A DNA stretch of 64,000 bases from Candidatus Nomurabacteria bacterium (GTDB lineage: Bacteria > Patescibacteriota > Patescibacteriia > Magasanikbacterales > UBA922): NCBI GenBank assembly GCA_020632445.1, contig JACKFN010000001.1:75975-139974 (forward strand). Reading direction: 5' to 3'. Within the stretch, counting starts at the first letter, position 1. Every line of letters starts with the position of its first letter. Shown here in pieces: positions 51,506 through 58,259 of the stretch. A program made the position numbers and the translations under genes. The notes under the pieces are model-generated. The model was not told the DNA's origin. It searched no databases and saw nothing but the letters and a program-made list of their open reading frames with translations.

Positions 51506-51545
51506 GTAGTTGAGTGCGCCCGTTGTCCACTGTCTCGAACACTGC

Positions 51546-51613
51546 AACAAAAAAATACCGCTTTCACAGTATTCCTCTTTTTCCAACTACTTCTACGTTG
51601 TAAAAATGATTGG
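51546..51613. repeat. repA copy 1 (conserved cassette 3' module; contains the terminator for minus-strand cargo)
   Basis: caacaaaaaaataccgctttcacagtattcctctttttccaactacttctacgttgtaaaaatgattgg. Near-identical copies at 52785..52853 and 54961..55030. On the minus strand it reads CCAATCATTTTTAC...GGAATACTGtgaaagCAGTATTTTTTT, a hairpin followed by a T-tract. Confidence 0.85.
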
Positions 51614-51641
51614 AGTAGTTTGGTGGGGGTGGGTTGTTGGT

Positions 51642-51962
51642 TCAGCGCGGCTTGTACGTCTCCCAGTTCGAGGCGATGAAGCCACTGAGACCGTGACGGT
51701 CGTCGATTCGGCCGTGTACCGCGAAGCGGTCTGCATCACCTGCGACTACACCGCTCGTCCCTTCAGGGACTTCGCAGCCCTCGAAGCTCCATGACCTAGG
51801 ACGGTCAACAGCACGCGCGACCTGCAGGATGTTGACCCTCACGGCTCCACGGTTGGTGTAGATCGTTATGGTCTCTTCCGCACGCATGGAGCGGATTAGA
51901 GCGTCAATGCCGACAGATCCATCACCCTCAATCTCAGCAGTGATGCTTTCTCCCACGATCAT
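51642..51962 (-). CDS. Cargo ORF 1: small GC-rich (~58%) protein of unknown function
   Basis: Composition clearly departs from the flanks. Start placed at MIVGESIT; a GTG three codons downstream has a GGAG RBS and is also possible. The upstream part of the longer track ORF is encoded by the conserved repB leader and is shared with cargo 2 in another frame. Confidence 0.55.
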   Translation of the reverse strand: MIVGESITAEIEGDGSVGIDALIRSMRAEETITIYTNRGAVRVNILQVARAVDRPRSWSFEGCEVPEGTSGVVAGDADRFAVHGRIDDRHGLSGFIASNWETYKPR

Positions 51963-51984
51963 CTCCACGAGCCGTTTGCATCTT

Positions 51985-52220
51985 TGTGGGCTGCTGGCGA
52001 ATGCCTGCAAACCATCCCACGTAGAACGAAATAACATATCACAAAAAAGACCTTTTGTCAAGGCCTTCTTTCTACTATTTACCTAATTTTAAACAAAAAC
52101 AGCTCTATTTTCCTCAAATATCCCTCCCATTTCCACTATCCCCCGCTCCAATGTGTTCCAGCATAAAACCCACTGGCTCACATAATCAGAAAAACCTCTA
52201 AAATTAGAGGTTTTTTGTTC
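51985..52220. repeat. repB copy 1 (~235 bp module). Read on the minus strand: terminator, ~150-nt conserved segment, TTGACA/TATGTT promoter, 47-nt conserved leader
   Basis: ~90% identical to 53548..53786. A partial third copy lies at 57589..57668. The minus strand carries the promoter cTTGACAaaaggtcttttttgtgaTATGTTat and the leader ttcgttctacgtgggatggtttgcaggcattcgccagcagcccacaa. Confidence 0.85.
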
Positions 52221-52231
52221 CGCCGATTTTC

Positions 52232-52735
52232 TTAGAGCTGCACAATCAGCTTATTTATGAGTGGGGAAAAATGATCCTTATAACGATCTTGCAATTCATT
52301 CATTTTCCAATCACTGCCTGTTACAAAACCGCGGCACGTAGCTTCCCCACAACAACGCTCCCAACTTGAATGATATTCAGGATCTGCTTGAAATAATTCA
52401 TAATCTACGGTCAGTTCTTCTCCTACACTTACGGCCCTTTTAGCTACCAATGTATAGGCATCACCCATCCACAGATTTGAGTCACATGAATGATTTACAA
52501 AATACCCAGTGTCTTTTCCTCTTTCCTCTATACTATACAAATCACTATCCCACTGCATGACAAGCAAGCCCTTTTTCTGAAATTCAATAGCACCTTTCTT
52601 GTTAGTATAGTTTCCACCCCAAATAATTACCTTTTCTCCCTCTTTTATATCTTCATGGGCAAATATTCCCTTTCCAGCAATGCCACTATCAAAAACTTTA
52701 ACTTTTGGGTTTTTCCAGTCTTGTTTTTTATCCAT
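52232..52735 (-). CDS. SET-domain protein (putative protein-lysine methyltransferase)
   Basis: SET hallmark FVNHSCDSN (NHSCxPN), ELTVDY (ELxxDY), and post-SET-like Cys cluster CCGEATC. Host-like AT-rich composition. Confidence 0.75.
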   Translation of the reverse strand: MDKKQDWKNPKVKVFDSGIAGKGIFAHEDIKEGEKVIIWGGNYTNKKGAIEFQKKGLLVMQWDSDLYSIEERGKDTGYFVNHSCDSNLWMGDAYTLVAKRAVSVGEELTVDYELFQADPEYHSSWERCCGEATCRGFVTGSDWKMNELQDRYKDHFSPLINKLIVQL

Positions 52736-52784
52736 AATATAAACTGCAACACTCTTAGTTTACCTTAGATAGGCAAAATTTCAA

Positions 52785-52853
52785 GCACAAAAAAATACTG
52801 CTTTCACAGTATTTCTTTTTTTCCAACTATTTCTACGAAGGTAAAAATGATTG
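52785..52853. repeat. repA copy 2
   Basis: aaaaaaatactgctttcacagtatttctttttttccaactatttctacgaaggtaaaaatgattggg. Upstream extension agtttaccttagataggcaaaatttcaagcac is also shared with copy 3. Confidence 0.85.
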
Positions 52854-52925
52854 GGAATTCTTGGGCGCCTGTGGGTGGTCGGCGCCCGTTGGGGGTGTGG
52901 TGGGATGCGCAGCTTCAGCGCGAGG

Positions 52926-53519
52926 TCACTTGACGGTCGCGTGCGTCCGCCAGAACTCCACGCTGCGCGCGTAGGCGTCGCGGTCGAGGGGCTGGCCGCT
53001 GCCGCCCTCCTCGCGACCGAGCGCGTTGCGCATCATGGTGATGGGGGGCATGGGCGACTCGGCCGCCTGGAGCTCCGCGTTGACGCTCACGATGCCCCAG
53101 TTGGCGTCGGGCACGTCGGGCTCGCCCTCGGGGAACTTCTTGGCCTCCGCCTCCAGCGCCTCGCGCGTGTAGAGGACCAGGTCCAGGTGCGTGGCCCGCG
53201 GCGCCTCGACGCCCTCGAGCCAGCGGACCATCACGGGGAGCTCGCCCTCGCGGCGCGCGACGTAGTCGGTGCGCAGCGCGTGGCGGTTCTCGTCCGTGAT
53301 GGGCGCGATGCCCGCGAGGGTGTCCGACTCGTTCACCAGGAAGAGGTGCTTGCAGAACGGGGCGTACCCGTCGACCAGCTCCGCCCCCGCGGCGAGCGCC
53401 TCGTTGGCCAGCTCCACGAGCTGCTCGGGCGTCAAGCCCACGACTCGGGTGCCCGCGAACTCGGGATCGAAGTGGCGGCCCTGGGCGAATCGGGTGATGT
53501 CGATCTCTCGGCTGCTCAT
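52926..53519 (-). CDS. Cargo ORF 2: GC-rich (~68-70%) protein of unknown function (197 aa)
   Basis: Start MSSREIDITRF, preceded by GGAGAAG RBS, just downstream of the conserved repB promoter and leader. Codon usage and GC unlike the host genes. No motif recognised. Confidence 0.6.
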   Translation of the reverse strand: MSSREIDITRFAQGRHFDPEFAGTRVVGLTPEQLVELANEALAAGAELVDGYAPFCKHLFLVNESDTLAGIAPITDENRHALRTDYVARREGELPVMVRWLEGVEAPRATHLDLVLYTREALEAEAKKFPEGEPDVPDANWGIVSVNAELQAAESPMPPITMMRNALGREEGGSGQPLDRDAYARSVEFWRTHATVK

Positions 53520-53547
53520 CGGTTCTTCTCCGAATGAGGTGATGTCC

Positions 53548-53786
53548 TTGTGGGCCGCTGGCGAATGCCTGCAAACCATCCCACGTAGAACGAAGTAATA
53601 TAACACAAAAAAAGCCTCTTGTCAAGGCCTTCTTTCTACTATTTACCTAATTTTAAACAAAAAATGCCATGTTTTTCCTCAAATATCCCTCCCATATACA
53701 CTATCCCACGCTCCACAGTGTTCCAGCATAAACCCCATTGGCTCACATAGTCAGAAAAACCTCTAAATTTAGAGGTTTTTTGTTGT
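53548..53786. repeat. repB copy 2
   Basis: See repB copy 1. Minus-strand promoter cTTGACAagaggctttttttgtgtTATATTact. Confidence 0.85.
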
Positions 53787-53823
53787 TCTTTTTTTGTTAT
53801 TGGTACCTAAGCTGGAACACTTA

Positions 53824-54912
53824 CTACCTCTTATCCATTCTTGGAATTTCTCTTTCTTTCCTCATTTCCGAAAGCCTTTCACTTTCACGAAGTAACTCCC
53901 CTTTTGTTTCACCACGTAAGTTGGAATCTGCCAACATACGCATTTCATCTTTATCGCTGGAACGAGACAGCACGTAATTCGCCTTGATCATAATTTGCTG
54001 AAAGTCAGGCACACATCGCAGCCTTAACCACTCAGAGTTCGGTGGTTCTGTCATCTGATCGGCAAAGAAAACAATAGTATTGGGCGCATATTCTTGTATC
54101 CACTGCACCACCTTACTTTCTGAATTCAGCGGCTGCTCATGTGGTAAATCAAACAAAACTATGGCATCCACAATATCCGCTGCAGCCTTTAATTTGGCTT
54201 GTATAGAATCACTCATTTCAGAACAAACTCCAATAGGCAATATGTCTTTCTCCACGAGAGGATTAAATTCTACCTCCATTCCTTCAGTTTCCTCATAAAG
54301 CTTATCTTCTTCAACAGATATCTCACCTCTATACAATGTAGCAATTGGCTGTTCAGTTACACCATCCATTGCATCAACATCTGAAGCTGAAAACTTTCTT
54401 GTATGCACTGCTCGAAAAAGCTTTCCTGCAAAACAAACAGTTACTTCATTAATAGAAGGAATTTCGTTTCCTGACTGTGCTGCAACTTCAATAGCATCCA
54501 AAAGATTTCGTGGGCCATCTGATTCCTCTTCGACAGCTGGTATCATACTCCCTGTAAAGACTACAGGCCCTTTCAAACCTTGCAATTCATAACTCAATGC
54601 TCCCGCTGAAGGTCCCATGGTATCTGTACCAAAGACAACCACAATTCCGTCATAATTTTGCTGTTCCTTTGATATCCGATCACCCAAAAGTTGATAAAGC
54701 TCAATGTTTGCATCTGATGAATCAATAAACTTGTCGTTCAACTTAAACTCTGACCAATCTACCCGATATAGCAACTCTTCTAGACCTGGTATGTTCTGTT
54801 GTAGCATCTCCATGGATCCAGGCTTTAGACCACCCTTCAGATTCGTAGGCACCATACCAATGGTTCCACCTGTATATAGTACAAGAATCTTTCTTTCGCT
54901 TGCTTGTTTCAT
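53824..54912 (-). CDS. L-asparaginase family protein (type I / GatD-like) with basic C-terminal tail
   Basis: N-terminal ILVLYTGGTIGM motif, GIVVVFGTDTM second motif. 362 aa. Host-like composition. Confidence 0.75.
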   Translation of the reverse strand: MKQASERKILVLYTGGTIGMVPTNLKGGLKPGSMEMLQQNIPGLEELLYRVDWSEFKLNDKFIDSSDANIELYQLLGDRISKEQQNYDGIVVVFGTDTMGPSAGALSYELQGLKGPVVFTGSMIPAVEEESDGPRNLLDAIEVAAQSGNEIPSINEVTVCFAGKLFRAVHTRKFSASDVDAMDGVTEQPIATLYRGEISVEEDKLYEETEGMEVEFNPLVEKDILPIGVCSEMSDSIQAKLKAAADIVDAIVLFDLPHEQPLNSESKVVQWIQEYAPNTIVFFADQMTEPPNSEWLRLRCVPDFQQIMIKANYVLSRSSDKDEMRMLADSNLRGETKGELLRESERLSEMRKEREIPRMDKR

Positions 54913-54960
54913 AGTTTTTAGTCACTATATCCAGTTTACCCTACACAGCTAAAATATCAA

Positions 54961-55030
54961 GTGACAAAAAAATACTGCTTTCACAGTATTTCTTTTTTTC
55001 CAATTATTTCTACATTGTAAAAATGATTAG
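54961..55030. repeat. repA copy 3 (upstream extension from 54933)
   Basis: gtgacaaaaaaatactgctttcacagtatttctttttttccaattatttctacattgtaaaaatgattag. Confidence 0.85.
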
Positions 55031-55075
55031 GAACTTGTCGAGGCTGGGTGGATCAGCCCCTGACGTTGGTAGGTT

Positions 55076-55807
55076 TTAGGTGGGTGGGTTCAGCATGGCA
55101 AGGGCGTTCTTGGCGGCATCCTTGCGAGCTTCTTTTCTGGAGAGCCCAGTTCCGATGGCGTAGAAGGTGCTCCCAACGTAGACCGCTTCCGTATAGGTGC
55201 GCTCATGGTCAGGACCTTCTTCAGAAACAAGGCTGTAGGTAGGAGTTGGCTTCCCAAGCCCCTGAATTTGCTCCTGAAAGATACTCACGAAGTCAGTGTA
55301 ACTACGGTCGAAGATCCTCTGCAGGCGCGGAAGGATCATCTCAAGTACGAACGACTGGGCTGCCATCAGTCCACGATCCTGATAGATGGCACCAACCACT
55401 GCCTCAAGAACATCAGCGAACAACTTGGTCGTCCGCTCTAGATTTCGTACGTCCTTACGTTGCCCGCGAGACATTCGCACGTAGTTGATGATACCCAGCT
55501 CCACGGTCACCTCAGAGAGTGCCCTACCACACACAAGGCCCGAACGAAGCTTGGTAAGTTCACCCTCCGTCTTGTCACTATGGTTTCGAACGAGAAAATC
55601 CGTAACCACGAGCTCAATGACCGCGTCACCAAGAAATTCAAGAAGCTCGTAGTGTCCAAGCTCCCTTGCCGCCCTGTGCTCGTTGACGTAGGAGCGGTGA
55701 GTGAGCGCCTTCAGGAGAAGCTTCCTGTCGTGGAACTCGATGCCAAGGAGTTTACGAAGCTGCGAGAAGTAGTCTTCAGCTCGCATCTTCGTCCACCTCA
55801 TCATCAC
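55076..55807 (-). CDS. rnc: Ribonuclease III (in GC-elevated cargo block 3)
   Basis: RNase III signature HRSYVNEH...ELLEFLGDAV, catalytic DVLEAVVGAIY, C-terminal dsRBD (LSRKEARKDAAKNALAML). ~55-57% GC against a ~40% background. Confidence 0.8.
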   Translation of the reverse strand: MMMRWTKMRAEDYFSQLRKLLGIEFHDRKLLLKALTHRSYVNEHRAARELGHYELLEFLGDAVIELVVTDFLVRNHSDKTEGELTKLRSGLVCGRALSEVTVELGIINYVRMSRGQRKDVRNLERTTKLFADVLEAVVGAIYQDRGLMAAQSFVLEMILPRLQRIFDRSYTDFVSIFQEQIQGLGKPTPTYSLVSEEGPDHERTYTEAVYVGSTFYAIGTGLSRKEARKDAAKNALAMLNPPT

Positions 55808-57380
55808 TCAGATCGGGTCGATTGACCTGCTCCCATCGGACGTTGAGGTCGCACCGAATTTCGAAGAGGTCCTTCTTGAACTCTTCGTCCTCCCGAGCGA
55901 GCTCGAGAGCCTCGGACTTCGCACGCTTGAACCACGCCACGCTCCTACGGCACTCCCGCGCCAGGATCGGGTACTGGGGATCCCAATGACCACCAGTGTA
56001 GCCGAGGGACAACAGTACGTATGCAAGCATCGCTCTAGATACGACAGCTGAAACCCTGCGCCCCTCCATCTCGTTGGTACTGACTCCGTAGTAGAGACAG
56101 ACTTCTTCCATGATGAGGCGTGCTGACAGGGCCCTCCTGTGATCGATGGGCCTACGAGGCTTCTCGGGAAGCACCTGGACAGAAGATGCCCCCACCTTAC
56201 GCGGCTTGGCCTTCGGAGTCGGAACATCAGCGATGAACCCACCGATTTCCGCTTCGTCGTCCATGTCATCTGGCCCCTCTGTCTCTTCAGCGAACAGAGA
56301 TTCCAAAAGACCCGAGCTACGAAGCTTCTTAATGGCGGCAGCCTCACGTTGGCGAATTCTCTCACTTGTCACGCCGAAGGTGCTACCAATCTCCGTGAGG
56401 GTCCTTTGGCCCTTACCATCGAGGCCAAAACGCATCATGATAACTCGCCGTTCTACCTCAATGAGCCCCACCTCGTCGAATAGCTTCCTGATGGCTAAAC
56501 GCGCGAAGACACGATCCTCGAGACTGCTCTTGTCAACATCCCAAGGGGAACCAACTTGTGGCTGAAGACCACCTTCGCCTTCTGCGTCGAGTGACAGGGC
56601 ATCTTCGACACGGGGGCCATCCTCACCGCTTTTATCCCTACCGAACGCATTGTGGATCTCAAGAACTCGAGAACGCTGCCACCTAACTGCAGAGAGAACG
56701 TTTGCCAGCTCATTTCCCTTTGGATCCCAACCCAACATCACTGCCACCTCTTCGCCCGTAGGCCAGACACCGTGCTCCTTCCTGAATACACGTTGAGCGT
56801 TCACGAACTGAAAGAGGGAGGACCAGAGGTGAACGGGAACCCGAACGAGCCCAGAGTTGTAGACGGCACGAGTTACCTTCTGACGAATCCAGTGGTAGGC
56901 GTAGGTGCTGAACTGGTGCCCCTTGTCAGGATCGAACTTTCGAGCTGCAGTGAGCATCCCGATAGCTCCCTCTTGGGCGAAGTCTTCCAGGTCGTATGCA
57001 GGATCGAACTCAGGGTTCTCCACCAGATACCTGCACCTCCTGGTGACGAAACGCCACACGAGCCGCATATTCTCCTCAAAAACCCCCTCGAGGGCTTCGG
57101 CGTCACCACCGAGGTAATGCACCACATCGTTCGTGAGCCTGGTGCCTCCACTGATACCACCGCCACTATACCGCTTCTCTGGAATCGTATCACCCTTCAG
57201 AACGAGCCCGTACTCAGCGAGCTTCTTACGGACGAACCCCAGACGCCGCCTGGTGATTCCATTCCGCTTCGCACCGTCGAGAGTCTCGTTGGCCAGATCC
57301 CCCAGCGTGTGATACCCCATCTGCTTGAAGTCCTGGACCTGCTTCGGCCTGAACCCTGCGTCGGCAAGGCTCAGCTTCAT
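55776..57380 (-). CDS. Sigma-70-family-like multidomain DNA-binding protein (cargo block 3) with extra N- and C-terminal HTH-like domains
   Basis: Region 2-like STYAYHWIRQKVTRAVYNSGLVRVPVHLW. Region 4-like LTEIGSTFGVTSERIRQREAAAIKKLR. N-terminus resembles an RNAP alpha-CTD HhH (LADAGFRPKQVQDFKQMGYHTLGDL...GITRRRLGFVRKKLAEYGL). C-terminus resembles DnaA domain IV (EVCLYYGVSTNEMEGRRVSAVVSRAMLAYVLLSLGYTGG). Start chosen at MKLSLAD. The terminal-domain identities are weak. Confidence 0.55.
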   Translation of the reverse strand: MKLSLADAGFRPKQVQDFKQMGYHTLGDLANETLDGAKRNGITRRRLGFVRKKLAEYGLVLKGDTIPEKRYSGGGISGGTRLTNDVVHYLGGDAEALEGVFEENMRLVWRFVTRRCRYLVENPEFDPAYDLEDFAQEGAIGMLTAARKFDPDKGHQFSTYAYHWIRQKVTRAVYNSGLVRVPVHLWSSLFQFVNAQRVFRKEHGVWPTGEEVAVMLGWDPKGNELANVLSAVRWQRSRVLEIHNAFGRDKSGEDGPRVEDALSLDAEGEGGLQPQVGSPWDVDKSSLEDRVFARLAIRKLFDEVGLIEVERRVIMMRFGLDGKGQRTLTEIGSTFGVTSERIRQREAAAIKKLRSSGLLESLFAEETEGPDDMDDEAEIGGFIADVPTPKAKPRKVGASSVQVLPEKPRRPIDHRRALSARLIMEEVCLYYGVSTNEMEGRRVSAVVSRAMLAYVLLSLGYTGGHWDPQYPILARECRRSVAWFKRAKSEALELAREDEEFKKDLFEIRCDLNVRWEQVNRPDLSDDEVDEDAS

Positions 57381-57588
57381 CGCTGTTTGCTTATCTCGCA
57401 CTCTCTTGACCTTTCATCCTTAGTATCCACTGAGTTGAAGACAACGAAAAGTGCTACATTTCAAAGAACTCCACATTCATGAGTGGTAATTCACCATAGC
57501 TTAAAGTTATGAAAAAGTCAATATTTTTCTTCTAATCTAAGTGCAAAAAACGCTTAATTTACTGGTAACCACTACAAAATTACATAAT

Positions 57589-57668
57589 CCTTGCTCCAAA
57601 GTGTTCCAGCATAGACTCCACTGGCTCACAGTTTTAAAAACTCCCTATTTTAGAAACATTTTTTTCTT
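57589..57668. repeat. repB partial copy 3 (only the terminator and the first ~60 nt of the conserved segment)
   Basis: ccttgctccaaagtgttccagcatagactccactggctcacagttttaaaaactccctattttagaaacattttttt aligns to the right-hand end of repB copies 1 and 2. Confidence 0.7.
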
Positions 57669-57735
57669 AATTCTTGACTCACAATAATTATCACGTTACA
57701 TTTATATACAGCGTCAGAATATTTCACATTTTTAT

Positions 57736-58194
57736 ATGAATAAGGCTTCATGCCTGGTTTGCTCTCGTATAGAAAGCATTCATAGTAATAAAAATCCCTA
57801 TTACGTTACGGAGCTTCCATCAGGATATGTAGTACTTGGTGACCATCAGTTATTTAAGGGATATTCACTTTTGCTTCTGAAAAATCATGTCCAAGAGCTT
57901 CATGAACTCATTGACAACGACCGAAGACAGTTTCTCGAAGATATGAGCCTACTTGGAAAAGCAATCAATAATGCTTTTTCCCCCGAAAAAATAAACTACG
58001 AACTTCTAGGAAACTCAGCAAATCACTTACACTGGCATATTTTTCCAAGACATAAGAATGATCCTCGGCCACAAGGACCTGTTTGGGCAATAGACAAAGC
58101 GATAAGATATAGCGAAGAATATATTCCCAAGACAAAAACACTTCAAGATCTAAAAAATGCTCTTCTTTCTGAAATAAACAAGCTTAAAAGCTGA
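57736..58194 (+). CDS. HIT (histidine triad) family hydrolase
   Basis: Histidine triad HLHWHIFPR (HxHxHxx). ~150 aa. Confidence 0.8.
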   Translation: MNKASCLVCSRIESIHSNKNPYYVTELPSGYVVLGDHQLFKGYSLLLLKNHVQELHELIDNDRRQFLEDMSLLGKAINNAFSPEKINYELLGNSANHLHWHIFPRHKNDPRPQGPVWAIDKAIRYSEEYIPKTKTLQDLKNALLSEINKLKS

Positions 58195-58259
58195 CTTCGT
58201 AAAAAAACTTCCCTACAGGGAAGTTTTTTTGTTTTTTGCCAACACTTCAAATGGTACTC

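Noticed and set aside
52090-52180. A small conserved ORF (about 16 codons, MLEH...GRDI) inside repB as a possible leader peptide.
   Set aside because: Differences among the three copies are non-synonymous (I/C/F, G/W, G/V, N/Y), and copy 3 ends differently. The conservation is at nucleotide level, not peptide level.
52851-53625. Long plus-strand ORFs (52851-53537 and 53269-53598) plus the extended minus-strand frames 52915-53625, all overlapping cargo 2.
   Set aside because: These are shadow or alternate-frame ORFs typical of GC-rich DNA, full of Arg/Ala/Gly runs. Only the 52926-53519 frame has an RBS, a sensible start and protein-like composition.
51470-57700. Classical integron (intI + attI + attC cassettes) as the explanation for the cassette array.
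   Set aside because: No integrase gene in the window. The repeats lack the R''-L''/L'-R' attC architecture (no GTTRRRY cores). Each cassette carries its own promoter. The arrangement is integron-like in logic only.
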